Source: Eubacteriales bacterium
Lineage (GTDB): Bacteria > Bacillota > Clostridia > Oscillospirales > CAG-272
Length of the DNA: 64,000 nt
Assembly: GCA_045649925.1 (NCBI GenBank)
Contig: JAZRQS010000004.1
Location: forward strand, 9,138 to 73,137
Direction of reading: 5' to 3'
Position numbers and translations under genes: made by a program. The first letter of the stretch is position 1, and each line of letters opens with the position of its first letter. Below are positions 45,469 through 55,600 of the stretch, piece by piece. Under the pieces are notes generated by a model. The model was given only the letters and a program-made list of their open reading frames with translations, had not been told where the DNA came from and did not search any database.

Positions 45469-45744
45469 ATGAATAAGACACAGTTGATCGATGTTGTTGC
45501 AAAGAATGCAGACATGAAGAAGAAGGAAGCTGAAGCTGCTGTAAACGCAGTTCTCGAGGCTATCACAGGAGCTCTTGTTGATGGCGATAAGGTTCAGCTT
45601 ATAGGTTTCGGTACATTTGAAGTTAAGGAAAGAGCTGCAAGAGAAGGACATAACCCCTTCACAGGCGAGAAGATCACAATCGCTGCTTCCAAGCACGCTG
45701 CATTTTCTGCAAGCAAGGCTCTTAAGGACGCGCTTAACAAGTAA
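45469..45744 (+). CDS. hup: DNA-binding protein HU
   Basis: The start MNKTQLIDVVA is typical. It has GFGTFEVKERAAREGHNP and an arm motif. The track start at 45457 adds 4 residues. Confidence 0.92.
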   Translation: MNKTQLIDVVAKNADMKKKEAEAAVNAVLEAITGALVDGDKVQLIGFGTFEVKERAAREGHNPFTGEKITIAASKHAAFSASKALKDALNK

Positions 45745-45749
45745 TTTAT

Positions 45750-45992
45750 ATGCGACTTGATAAGTACCTTAAGGTATCACGTATTATCAAGCGCAGGACA
45801 GTCGCAAACGATGCGTGTGACGCATCTCATGTGATAGTAAACGGAAAGAGTGCCAAGGCTTCGTATAATGTCAAGGAAAATGACATTATTGAGGTTAGCT
45901 TTGGCACTCGTTCTATAAAGGTCAGAGTGCTGAACATTAAGGACAGCACGAAAAAGGCCGATGCGGGCGATATGTACGAGGTTATCCAATAA
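45750..45992 (+). CDS. yabO: S4-domain RNA-binding protein (YabO/Hsp15-like)
   Basis: 80 aa with the S4 motif MRLDKYLKVSRIIKRRTVA...V.VNG. Confidence 0.8.
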   Translation: MRLDKYLKVSRIIKRRTVANDACDASHVIVNGKSAKASYNVKENDIIEVSFGTRSIKVRVLNIKDSTKKADAGDMYEVIQ

Positions 45993-46072
45993 AACGAATA
46001 ATTTACTGAAGTAATATATGCAGAGAAATCTGCATATATTTTTTTATATAACAATAAATTTCGGAGTGTGCT

Positions 46073-46351
46073 ATGGATAACGGAGTAAAGGAAAAGGCGC
46101 GACAGGTGTTGCACCTTGTCAGCAGAAGCGAGCTGTCATTAGACGGAGTTATTGACGTGAAGAGCTTTGATGATATGACTGTCACGTTGGAGACAAATAT
46201 GGGGCCCTTGAGTGTAGAGGGCAAGCAGCTACGTATCACAAAATTTCTTATGCAAACGGGGGAAATTTCCATTGACGGAGTGATAGATGCTCTTGTATTT
46301 CTGGAGCAAGAAAAAGAGAAGCGTGGCATTTTCTCCAAGCTTGTGAGGTAA
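46073..46351 (+). CDS. yabP: sporulation protein YabP
   Basis: 92 aa with the YabP pattern (L.L..R..L...GV..V.SFD ... L.V.G..L.I). Confidence 0.85.
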   Translation: MDNGVKEKARQVLHLVSRSELSLDGVIDVKSFDDMTVTLETNMGPLSVEGKQLRITKFLMQTGEISIDGVIDALVFLEQEKEKRGIFSKLVR

Positions 46352-46353
46352 GC

Positions 46354-46959
46354 ATGGAGGTATCGATGTCGTCGCTCGCATTGGAGCTCGTGTATTCGGT
46401 ACTGCTCGGCTTTTTCTTGGGCTTTTTTTACGAATGCATCAGGATATGCCGGATTGCTGTTGGTATCTATCAAGGTGGAGAAAGCTTTGACTACAGAGCC
46501 TTGCCACTCATAAAAAGATATGCACCCGCAAAAAAAGAGAAGAAAAGAAAGGGCAGAAGCCATTCATTCCTGTACAGTATAGGAGACATTCTTTTCTTCG
46601 TTTTCTCTGCCTGTGCGATTTGCGTTTTCATATATTACTTCAATGATGGGCGGGCAAGAGGCTTTGTATTTTTCGGGGCCTTCGCTGGATTTTTTGTGTA
46701 TTACCACACACTTGGTAGAGCAGTGAAATACTTGAGCGCAAGGATAGTAAAAGCGATGAAAATTTGTTTGGCATATGCCATCTTTTTTGTCGTGTTCCCG
46801 ATTTATACGAGTAGTGTAATTTTATGTCGCGTGTTTTTTAATTTATTTTGCAAAATAGCCTTGAATGTTCGAAAACTTTATGATATAATACATATGTATA
46901 TGTATTATCTTGTTGCCCGAAGGCAGATTTCTTCCTTGCCGTTGCGCTTGGATTGGTAG
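46354..46959 (+). CDS. yabQ: YabQ-like spore cortex biosynthesis membrane protein
   Basis: 201 aa membrane protein directly after yabP. The N-terminus LLGFFLGFFYECIRICR resembles the YabQ signature. Confidence 0.6.
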   Translation: MEVSMSSLALELVYSVLLGFFLGFFYECIRICRIAVGIYQGGESFDYRALPLIKRYAPAKKEKKRKGRSHSFLYSIGDILFFVFSACAICVFIYYFNDGRARGFVFFGAFAGFFVYYHTLGRAVKYLSARIVKAMKICLAYAIFFVVFPIYTSSVILCRVFFNLFCKIALNVRKLYDIIHMYMYYLVARRQISSLPLRLDW

Positions 46960-46989
46960 TGCATATATAGTTTTCGCAGGGAGGTATAT

Positions 46990-47274
46990 ATGACGGAACG
47001 ACATAATGTCAGACTGCTGCTCAAGGTTGCGGCTGTTGTGTTTATTATTTTTGCCATTCTTGCTATTGCCTCTATGCAGGTGAAGTACAATCAGGTTAAG
47101 GATGAATATGACGATCTTCAAAGGCAGATTGAGGAATACACCGCCTCGATAGAAAATCTGGAAAACCAGATTGCCTTGCCCTTTGACGATGAGTATATTG
47201 AACAGATTGCACGAGACAAGCTCGGTCTGTGTTATCCAGACGAGGTAGTAGTAGAGAACAACTTAAATGACTGA
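46990..47274 (+). CDS. divIC: septum formation initiator family protein (DivIC/FtsB)
   Basis: 94 aa with one TM followed by a coiled coil (QVKDEYDDLQRQIEEYTASIENLENQI) and C-terminal IEQIARDKLGL. Confidence 0.75.
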   Translation: MTERHNVRLLLKVAAVVFIIFAILAIASMQVKYNQVKDEYDDLQRQIEEYTASIENLENQIALPFDDEYIEQIARDKLGLCYPDEVVVENNLND

Positions 47275-47323
47275 ACCGCTTGTCGATGTGGCTGTTGCCT
47301 GACGGAGCGGTTTTGTCTTTTTT
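47274..47323 (+). terminator. rho-independent terminator after divIC
   Basis: The outer stem AACCGCT/AGCGGTT has nested GTC/GAC and GGC/GCC pairs and is followed by TTTTGTCTTTTTT. Confidence 0.7.
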
Positions 47324-47395
47324 ATACAGTACTTACGTGTATTAGGCGTGTGATGTGATAATACTATGCATAAAAGTCGTTAAAGCGGAGGATTT

Positions 47396-49297
47396 ATGAA
47401 AGGAAAGCAGAATAATTTAGCGCCTTATTATTTTCACGAGGGAACTAACTATGAAGCATATAAATACCTCGGTTGCCACGTAAAACAGAAGAAAAACGGA
47501 GCATACGAGTACACGTTTCGCACTTGGGCGCCCAACACTGTTTATATAGCTCTTGTCGGCGATTTTTGCGACTGGGACGAGGGTATTCCCATGAAGCGCA
47601 TAAGCGATGGAGGCATCTGGGAGTGCTCGTTTGAAAGCAAGGACAATTACTCCGGGTATAAGTATAAATTCAAAATTGCCACTCCCTATGGCTACAATCT
47701 CAAGGGCGACCCCTACGCCTTTCATTCCGAGGGCGGAAGCGGTGGAGCTTCCTACGTTTGCCTTGATTCTGACTTCGAGTGGAATGACGGTAAGTGGCTC
47801 GAGCACAGAAAAAACACAGTCCTGACAAAAGAGGGTAGCTATCTGCCTTACCCTGTCAATATATACGAAGTCCATCTCGGCTCGTTTGCACGTCACGATG
47901 ACGGCTCCTATCTTTCCTACAGAGAGCTTGCCAACGTGCTTGTGCCATATGTGAAATATATGGGATATACCCACGTAGAGCTTATGCCTGTTACGGAGTT
48001 TCCGTATGACGGCTCGTGGGGGTATCAGGTCTGCTCCTTCTTTGCACCTACCTCACGATTTGGCTCGCCCGATGACTTCCGTTACTTTGTGTCAAGGATG
48101 CACGATGCAGGCGTCGGTGTCATTTTGGACTGGGTGCCTGCGCATTTTCCAAAGGATGCATGGGGACTTTACGAGTTTGACGGCAGACCGCTCTATGAAT
48201 ATCAGGGCAAGGACAGAATGGAGTCTCATTCCTGGGGCACGAGATTTTTCGATCTTGGCAGACAGGAGGTACAGTGCTTTCTTATTTCAAGTGCGCTCTA
48301 CTGGTTTTCAGAATTTCACATTGACGGCTTGAGAGTTGACGCCGTAGCGTCGATGCTCTACCTCGACTACGATCGTATGCCGGGCGAGTGGATACCAAAC
48401 ATACACGGAGAAAACAAAAACCTTGAAGCAAGCGCATTTATACAAAAGCTGAATTCAGCGATATACGAAAGATTTTCCGATGTCCTTATGATAGCAGAGG
48501 AATCTACGGCGTGGCCGGGAGTCACCCGACCCGTATCAGACGGAGGACTCGGCTTTAATATGAAGTGGAATATGGGTTGGGCAAACGATTTCTATAAATA
48601 CGTTTCCACCGATCCCATATATCGTAAGCATCACCACTCTGCATTGAATTTTCCCATAATGTACGCTTTCAATGAAAACTACATTTTGCCTATATCTCAC
48701 GATGAGGTCGTGCATGGAAAATGCTCCCTGATAGGTAAAATGAACGGAAGCTATGAGGACAAGTTTCGTCAATTCAGGACGGCTTTGCTCCTTATGATGA
48801 CCTACCCTGGCAAGAAAATGCTCTTTATGGGCACTGAGTTTGCTCAATTCTCCGAGTGGGACTACAAGAGCTCGCTTGAATGGTTTATGCTCGATTACGA
48901 TACGCATTATCAGGCGAGGGAGTTTGTCGCCTCGCTGAATAGATTTTACCTTGAGTCGATGCCGCTCTGGGAGCAGGATTTTGTCGAAGACGGCTTTAAG
49001 TGGATTTACCCCGACTTGAGCGATGACAACCTCGTCGCATACAAAAGATACGCCCTCGACGGAAGCGAGCTTATCTGTATAGCAAGCTTTTCAGGCTGTG
49101 ACAAGTCGGACTTGCTTATTCCTGTGAGTGACGGAGAGTATTACGAGTATGCATTCACTACCTTTGGCACAGGAGAAAAGCAAGAGCCTATTGTCGTCTG
49201 CGAGCGTGATGGAGGCAAATATTTCACCGTAGATGTGCCTCGTATGAGTGGAATGGTTTTGAGAAAGGCCAAACCCAAAAACGAAGCAGTTTTATAA
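47396..49297 (+). CDS. glgB: 1,4-alpha-glucan branching enzyme
   Basis: 633 aa with GH13 branching-enzyme motifs (DWVPAHF, GLRVDAVASM, MIAEEST, SHDEVVHGK). Confidence 0.93.
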   Translation: MKGKQNNLAPYYFHEGTNYEAYKYLGCHVKQKKNGAYEYTFRTWAPNTVYIALVGDFCDWDEGIPMKRISDGGIWECSFESKDNYSGYKYKFKIATPYGYNLKGDPYAFHSEGGSGGASYVCLDSDFEWNDGKWLEHRKNTVLTKEGSYLPYPVNIYEVHLGSFARHDDGSYLSYRELANVLVPYVKYMGYTHVELMPVTEFPYDGSWGYQVCSFFAPTSRFGSPDDFRYFVSRMHDAGVGVILDWVPAHFPKDAWGLYEFDGRPLYEYQGKDRMESHSWGTRFFDLGRQEVQCFLISSALYWFSEFHIDGLRVDAVASMLYLDYDRMPGEWIPNIHGENKNLEASAFIQKLNSAIYERFSDVLMIAEESTAWPGVTRPVSDGGLGFNMKWNMGWANDFYKYVSTDPIYRKHHHSALNFPIMYAFNENYILPISHDEVVHGKCSLIGKMNGSYEDKFRQFRTALLLMMTYPGKKMLFMGTEFAQFSEWDYKSSLEWFMLDYDTHYQAREFVASLNRFYLESMPLWEQDFVEDGFKWIYPDLSDDNLVAYKRYALDGSELICIASFSGCDKSDLLIPVSDGEYYEYAFTTFGTGEKQEPIVVCERDGGKYFTVDVPRMSGMVLRKAKPKNEAVL

Positions 49298-49367
49298 TCG
49301 ACCTTGACGTCGTGGCAAAATTAGCGCATAAATTATTTTGGTAATATAAAATTACGGAGGGATAGAT

Positions 49368-50522
49368 ATGTACAACAAAAAAGAATGTATCGCAATGTTG
49401 CTTGCGGGAGGACAGGGAAGCCGTCTGTATGACCTTACCACACAGACAGCAAAGCCTGCTGTAAGCTTTGGCGGAAAATACAAGATTATTGACTTTCCGC
49501 TCTCAAACTGTATCAATTCAGGTATTGATACGGTAGGTGTTCTTACTCAGTATCAGCCACTTGCGCTCAATGAGTATATCGGAAACGGAGCGCCTTGGGA
49601 CCTCGACCGCTCTAGAGGCGGACTCAGCGTTTTGCCACCTTATCAGGGCAACGGCCATTCCGACTGGTACAAGGGAACGGCTAATGCAATTTACCAGAAC
49701 ATTAACTTCATTAAAAAGTACAATCCTGACTATGTTATCATTCTTTCCGGAGACCATATCTACAAAATGAATTATGATGATATGCTTGCATATCACAAAA
49801 AGAAGTCCGCTGTGTGCACAGTTGCCACCATCACAGTTCCGATAGAGGAGGCAAGCAGATTCGGTATCTGTAACACCAACCCTGACGGAAGCATTTACGA
49901 GTTTGAGGAAAAGCCCAAGGTGCCCAAAAACAATCAGGCGTCGATGGGTATATACATATTCAACACGAGCACCCTTATCGATTATCTCGAAAAGGACGAG
50001 GCAGATCCCGATTCTTCAAACGATTTTGGTAAAAACGTAATCCCCGCGCTCTTGAATAACGGAGAAAAGCTCTTCTCCTACACCTTTGAGGGATACTGGA
50101 AGGATGTAGGAACGATAAGCAGTCTTTGGGAGGCGAATATGGACCTTCTCGGCAAGGACGCTATATTCAATCTCGGTGACAAGAACTTCCGTATTTATTC
50201 GAGAAACACAGCGCTTCCGCCCCAGTTTATAGGCGAGAATGCAGAGATTACAAACTCCATGATTTCTGAAGGTTGTATGGTCTGTGGCGTAGTAGAAAAC
50301 TCCATTCTTTCAGGTGGTGTCGTGGTCGAGGAGGGCGCCGAGGTACATGACTCCGTCATAATGGACGGCGTCGTTATCAAGAGTGGCGCAAAGGTCTATT
50401 ACAGCATTGTAGACAGCGAAACCGAAATTTCAGAGGGCGCAACGGTAGGCGTCAAGGATGCCGGCAAGGACAATATCACAGTCATTGCCAAGGAAAGCAA
50501 AATCGAGAAAGAGGTGAAGTAA
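49368..50522 (+). CDS. glgC: glucose-1-phosphate adenylyltransferase, catalytic subunit
   Basis: 384 aa with [10 protein letters not shown] and [10 protein letters not shown] motifs and a left-handed beta-helix C-terminus. Confidence 0.93.
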   Translation: MYNKKECIAMLLAGGQGSRLYDLTTQTAKPAVSFGGKYKIIDFPLSNCINSGIDTVGVLTQYQPLALNEYIGNGAPWDLDRSRGGLSVLPPYQGNGHSDWYKGTANAIYQNINFIKKYNPDYVIILSGDHIYKMNYDDMLAYHKKKSAVCTVATITVPIEEASRFGICNTNPDGSIYEFEEKPKVPKNNQASMGIYIFNTSTLIDYLEKDEADPDSSNDFGKNVIPALLNNGEKLFSYTFEGYWKDVGTISSLWEANMDLLGKDAIFNLGDKNFRIYSRNTALPPQFIGENAEITNSMISEGCMVCGVVENSILSGGVVVEEGAEVHDSVIMDGVVIKSGAKVYYSIVDSETEISEGATVGVKDAGKDNITVIAKESKIEKEVK

Positions 50523-50523
50523 T

Positions 50524-51648
50524 ATGGCAGCAGGAATCATTTTTTCAAACTTGAACGATAGTACTTTGTCAAGACTTACCGCCGACCGCACCGTTGCGGC
50601 TGTACCCTTTGGTTGCCGTTACCGATTGGTAGACTTTGCGCTTTCCAATATGGTAAATGCAAATATCACCAACATAAACCTTGTTACCAACTACAATTAT
50701 CGCTCCCTTGTTGACCACATAGGAAGCGGTAAGGACTGGGATCTTGCAAGGCGCTCCGGTGGTATACACGTTATATCTCCTTTCCAGAATTCAAAGGATA
50801 ATGCAAAGCTTTATTACACACATCTGTCCGCTTTGCGCAGTATGCAGTCTTATATCAACGATATAAAGGACGACGTAGTAGTATTTTCCGACTGCGATAA
50901 CATTTGCAACATAAAGCTCAAGGATGTTATTGCGTACCACAAAAAGACAGGCGCAGAGATAACTCTTGTTACTCAGAAGGTGTCGAGCTTGGGAAGCATC
51001 AGAAACAACGGCTTGTATATTAAGACCGATGATGATAGCAGAATAACTGACATAAGCTTTGGAAATGAGGCAACATCAGACTATCCTGAGCGCCATATCG
51101 GTATTTTCGTAGTTGATACACAGTATCTTAAGCAGATACTCATTTCCGCAGCCGCTCACAATTATTCGAGTCTTACAAAGGATATTATCGGTGCAGGAAT
51201 AAATTATCACAAGTATATGACATATTGCTACGATGGATATGTCGCTCCTGTTTCTGACTTCAACGATTATTTTGAGCGCAGCATCGAGCTTACTACAAAC
51301 AAGTTTGCTCGCGAGTCCTTGCTTGGAGTGCGCGCACGTCCCATTTATACAAAGGTCCATAACTCAGCTCCCGTTATATACACAAACGACGCTCACGTAA
51401 AGGACAGCCTTATAGCAGATGACTGTATCATCGAGGGTACTGTCGAGAACTCCATCATTTTCCGTGGAGTAAAGATAGGCAAGGGAAGCGTAGTCAAGAA
51501 CTCTATTCTCTTTGGTGGTACTTACGTTGGAGAGGGAAGCACGCTCAGCTGTCTTGTAGTCGACAAGAACAGCGTTATATGTGACAACCGTACTCTTTCG
51601 GGACATATGACGATGCCCTTCTATATCCCGAAGCATTCAAAAATATAA
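50524..51648 (+). CDS. glgD: glucose-1-phosphate adenylyltransferase subunit GlgD
   Basis: 374 aa. It is a GlgC paralog lacking the GGxGxRL motif, in the position typical of the Firmicute glgCD pair. Confidence 0.85.
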   Translation: MAAGIIFSNLNDSTLSRLTADRTVAAVPFGCRYRLVDFALSNMVNANITNINLVTNYNYRSLVDHIGSGKDWDLARRSGGIHVISPFQNSKDNAKLYYTHLSALRSMQSYINDIKDDVVVFSDCDNICNIKLKDVIAYHKKTGAEITLVTQKVSSLGSIRNNGLYIKTDDDSRITDISFGNEATSDYPERHIGIFVVDTQYLKQILISAAAHNYSSLTKDIIGAGINYHKYMTYCYDGYVAPVSDFNDYFERSIELTTNKFARESLLGVRARPIYTKVHNSAPVIYTNDAHVKDSLIADDCIIEGTVENSIIFRGVKIGKGSVVKNSILFGGTYVGEGSTLSCLVVDKNSVICDNRTLSGHMTMPFYIPKHSKI

Positions 51649-51667
51649 CTCATAGCGAGGACACGTA

Positions 51668-53098
51668 ATGAAAATTCTATACGTAGCAAGTGAGGCAAAT
51701 CCCTACGCGGCAAGCGGTGGTCTTGGCGACGTAATGGGCGCTTTGCCCGCATCAGTAAAGAAATATGCAGAAGAAGGCTCGGAGGTAGCAGTAATACTTC
51801 CTTTGTACGGTAACATTGCCGAGCATTACAGGAGCAAGATGAAAAAGGTGAACGAGTTTCACTTCTATCTGTCTTGGCGTCACGCATATTGCGGAATCTA
51901 TCTCTTGCGAGCGGGTGGCGTAAGCTACTACTTCGTTGACAATGAGTATTACTTCAAGAGAGGGGGAATGTATGGCGACTTTGACGACGGAGAGAGATTT
52001 GCTTATTTCTCAGGTGCTGTCGTAGAGTTTATGCTCAACTGCGACTATATTCCCGACCTGCTCCATGCAAACGATTGGCAGAGCGCTTTGTCGGTCATCT
52101 ATCTTAAGACGAAATATTCTTCAAACGAGCGTCTTTCGGGAATTAAAACTGTGTTTACGATACATAATATTGAGTATCAGGGGAAGTACGGAATGCACGT
52201 TTTGGGCGATGTGTTCGGCATAGATTCCTCCTACAGCGACATTCTCGAGTTTGACGGAAACATCAATCTCTTGAAGGGGGCTATTGTCTGTGCTGACAAG
52301 GTAACTACAGTAAGCCCCAACTATGCAAAGGAGCTCGAGGACGATTTCTTTGCATTCGGTTTGCACGAGATAGTTAAAATGTACGGATATAAGTTTACAG
52401 GAATTATAAACGGCATTGACGTCAAGTATTTCTCCCCCACAAATGCAGACGACATCACAAAGACATATACTGTAACAAAGGCAAAAGAGGGAAAAAGCGA
52501 AAACAAGCGCGCCCTTCAGGAAAAACTCGGCTTGCCTGTAGACGATAATATTCCTCTTGTTGCTATGATAACACGCCTGACTGCGGGCAAGGGTATAGAC
52601 TTGGTGCTTTGCGTCTTGGATGAGCTTTTGAGCGAAAACGTTCAGTTTGTCGTTCTCGGCACAGGTGATGCAGAGTATGAGAGGATTTTGTCCGACATCT
52701 GCGCTCGCTATCCCGATAAGGCGAGAGCAATAATCAAGTTTGACAGAAAGATTTCCAAGGAGATATATTCATCTGCCGACATCTTTTTGATGCCGTCAAA
52801 GAGTGAGCCCTGCGGACTTGCGCAGATGGTTTCCTGCAGATATGGTACTATTCCGATAGTACGAGGCGTTGGAGGTCTTTTCGACTCCATCATTCCGTAT
52901 GGAAAAGAGAACTCAAATGGATTTGTGTTCTACAACTTCAATGCGCATGAAATGCTTTTCAAGATAAAGGAGGCGCTTTCTCTTTATGAGGATAAGGCGG
53001 AATGGTATAGCCTTGTCAAGAGAGCTATGAAGACTGACTTTACTTGGGGCACTTCTGCCGCAAAATACATTGAAATTTACAAGGATTTAATTGGTTAA
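51668..53098 (+). CDS. glgA: glycogen synthase (ADP-glucose type)
   Basis: 476 aa with MKILYVASEANPYAASGGLGDV and C-terminal PSKSEPCGL motifs. Confidence 0.93.
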   Translation: MKILYVASEANPYAASGGLGDVMGALPASVKKYAEEGSEVAVILPLYGNIAEHYRSKMKKVNEFHFYLSWRHAYCGIYLLRAGGVSYYFVDNEYYFKRGGMYGDFDDGERFAYFSGAVVEFMLNCDYIPDLLHANDWQSALSVIYLKTKYSSNERLSGIKTVFTIHNIEYQGKYGMHVLGDVFGIDSSYSDILEFDGNINLLKGAIVCADKVTTVSPNYAKELEDDFFAFGLHEIVKMYGYKFTGIINGIDVKYFSPTNADDITKTYTVTKAKEGKSENKRALQEKLGLPVDDNIPLVAMITRLTAGKGIDLVLCVLDELLSENVQFVVLGTGDAEYERILSDICARYPDKARAIIKFDRKISKEIYSSADIFLMPSKSEPCGLAQMVSCRYGTIPIVRGVGGLFDSIIPYGKENSNGFVFYNFNAHEMLFKIKEALSLYEDKAEWYSLVKRAMKTDFTWGTSAAKYIEIYKDLIG

Positions 53099-53119
53099 GA
53101 CCATTAGTTAGGATTAGGT

Positions 53120-55585
53120 ATGAGCAATAAAGTACAGAAGACAAAAGGTGAAAATACTCAAAATCTGGAAGCACAGCTGAAGCAAAAAATAGAGAGCAAG
53201 CTCTTTTCCCGCGGTGTAACATCACCCGCAGAGGCTACCTCGGAGCAGCTTTATCTTGCTACAGTGTACGCCATGAAGGATATTATAAATCAGAACAGAA
53301 ACTCCTTCAAAAAGAGAATAAAAGCGGCAGAGGGCAAGAAGGTATGCTATCTGTGTATGGAGTTCCTCATCGGCAGATCGTTCAAGACGAATGCGATGAA
53401 CTTGGGACTTTACGACACCCTTTGCGAAATTTATAAGGAATACGGCAGCAGCTTTGACGATGTTTACGCGTGTGAGATAGACCCCGGACTTGGAAATGGC
53501 GGACTTGGCAGACTTGCCGCTTGCTTTATGGATTCACTCACCGCACTTGATTATGCGGCGAACGGCTATTCACTTTGCTATGAAAACGGACTTTTCAGAC
53601 AGCGCCTCGTCGATGGTGAGCAGGTAGAAATACCTGACACATGGATGCAGAAGGACGGCGATGCTTGGCTTTTTCCCAAGCCTGAAAAGAGCGTCAACGT
53701 AAGATTTGGTGGTGTTATCAAGGAAGAATGGCAGAACGGCGAGCTCAAAATAATACACACCGAGTATGACGAGGTGCGTGCAGTACCCTATGACGTTATG
53801 ATCGTAGGCACGGAGACTGATGCTACCAACACTATTCGTCTTTGGAGAGCGAGAGAGACTTTCAAGCTCCAGAACAGCTTTGAATCTCAGGGCACTTACC
53901 TCAAGTCGCTCGAGGATTCATCAAAGGCAGAGGAGATAACAAGACAGCTCTATCCTCCGGACAATCACGACGAGGGTAAATTGCTCCGACTTACTCAGCA
54001 GTATTTCCTTGTTTCTGCATCTCTGCAGAGCATAATCAGCGATTACTTCGCTACTTACGGATCGCTTTCTAATTTTGAAAACAAGATAGCGATACACATT
54101 AACGATACGCACCCTGCACTTTGTATTCCTGAGCTTATGAGAATTCTTATGGACACATACTCGTATTCTTGGGACGATGCATGGAATATTGTAATAAAGA
54201 CAGTTTCTTACACCAACCACACAGTATTGCCTGAGGCACTTGAATGCTGGAGAATAGATTTGTTCAGGATGAAGCTGCCGAGAATTTTTGCCATAGTTTC
54301 TGAGATAAACAGAAGATTTTGCGCTGATTTGTGGAATCTTTATCCTGGTGACTGGGATAGAATTTCGCACATGGCAATAGTCAGCTATGGCCAGGTGAAA
54401 ATGGCGAATATGAGCATTGTCGGATCTCATACTGTAAACGGCGTTTCCGCCTTGCACAGTGATATTCTTAAAAAGACAGTTTTCCACGACTTCTATAAAA
54501 TGACGCCTTGGAAGTTTACAAACGTTACAAACGGCGTTGTTCACAGAAGGTGGCTCAATTCAGCAAACCCCGGACTTTGCGGTATATTGAACGACTGCAT
54601 AGGCGACGGATACAAAAACGATCCTTCGCAGCTCGCTGAGTTTGAAAAGTTTGCAAAGAATGAAGAGGTGCTCGACAGGCTTGCCGAGGTTAAATATCAG
54701 AACAAGGCAAGATTTGCAGAATATGCGCAGAAAAAGACGGGCAGGATTATCGACCCCAACTCCGTCTTTGACGTGCAGATAAAGAGAATGCATGAGTACA
54801 AGCGCCAGCTTCTCAACGTGCTTAAGATAATTTCCATTTATAACGAGGTATGCGAAAATCCTAATGCGGATATAACTCCTCAGACGTTTATATTCGGTGC
54901 AAAGGCAGCTCCCGGATATTATATGGCAAAGCAGCTTATCAAGCTCATTTACTTTATCAGCGAGGAGCTTGAAAGAAACCCGCTTACACGTGATAAGATA
55001 AAGGTAATCTTTATGGAGGACTACAACGTGAGTATGGCGGAGGTGCTCATCCCTGCTGCAAACCTCAGTGAGCAGATTTCTCTCGCAGGAAAAGAGGCAA
55101 GCGGTACGGGCAATATGAAGCTGATGATGAATGGGGCTTTGACCATCGGTACTCTCGATGGTGCAAATGTGGAAATTCTCGATGCCGTCGCAGATAGCAA
55201 CATTTATATATTCGGCTTGAACACCTACGAGGTCGAGGAGCTTTGGAGACACGGATACGACGCCCGCGAGTATTATAGAAACTCTGAAAAGCTTCATCGC
55301 GCCGTAGACAGACTGAATTACGACCTCGGCGGAAACAACTTCTCGTATATCGCTGACTATCTCATAAATGCGAGAAACGGCGTTTCCGACCCCTATATGT
55401 GTCTTGCAGATTTCGATTCCTACAGATTTGAATACGATAGAGCAATTGCAGACTATGCAAATACTCGTGAGTGGAATCGTCGCTCTCTCATAAATATAGC
55501 GCGTTCAGGCAGATTTGCTTCTGACAATAGTATCAAGCAGTATGCAGAGCGCATATGGCACATGAAGCCCATAGGAAACAAATAA
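53120..55585 (+). CDS. glgP: glycogen/maltodextrin phosphorylase
   Basis: 821 aa with GNGGLGRLAAC and the PLP site EASGTGNMKLMMNGA. Confidence 0.93.
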   Translation: MSNKVQKTKGENTQNLEAQLKQKIESKLFSRGVTSPAEATSEQLYLATVYAMKDIINQNRNSFKKRIKAAEGKKVCYLCMEFLIGRSFKTNAMNLGLYDTLCEIYKEYGSSFDDVYACEIDPGLGNGGLGRLAACFMDSLTALDYAANGYSLCYENGLFRQRLVDGEQVEIPDTWMQKDGDAWLFPKPEKSVNVRFGGVIKEEWQNGELKIIHTEYDEVRAVPYDVMIVGTETDATNTIRLWRARETFKLQNSFESQGTYLKSLEDSSKAEEITRQLYPPDNHDEGKLLRLTQQYFLVSASLQSIISDYFATYGSLSNFENKIAIHINDTHPALCIPELMRILMDTYSYSWDDAWNIVIKTVSYTNHTVLPEALECWRIDLFRMKLPRIFAIVSEINRRFCADLWNLYPGDWDRISHMAIVSYGQVKMANMSIVGSHTVNGVSALHSDILKKTVFHDFYKMTPWKFTNVTNGVVHRRWLNSANPGLCGILNDCIGDGYKNDPSQLAEFEKFAKNEEVLDRLAEVKYQNKARFAEYAQKKTGRIIDPNSVFDVQIKRMHEYKRQLLNVLKIISIYNEVCENPNADITPQTFIFGAKAAPGYYMAKQLIKLIYFISEELERNPLTRDKIKVIFMEDYNVSMAEVLIPAANLSEQISLAGKEASGTGNMKLMMNGALTIGTLDGANVEILDAVADSNIYIFGLNTYEVEELWRHGYDAREYYRNSEKLHRAVDRLNYDLGGNNFSYIADYLINARNGVSDPYMCLADFDSYRFEYDRAIADYANTREWNRRSLINIARSGRFASDNSIKQYAERIWHMKPIGNK

Positions 55586-55600
55586 TCACGGAGTTAATTG

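Noticed and set aside
53921-55297. Two long minus-strand ORFs (207 and 245 aa) inside glgP.
   Set aside because: They are antisense to a glycogen phosphorylase with an intact PLP site. They have no SD and no family resemblance.
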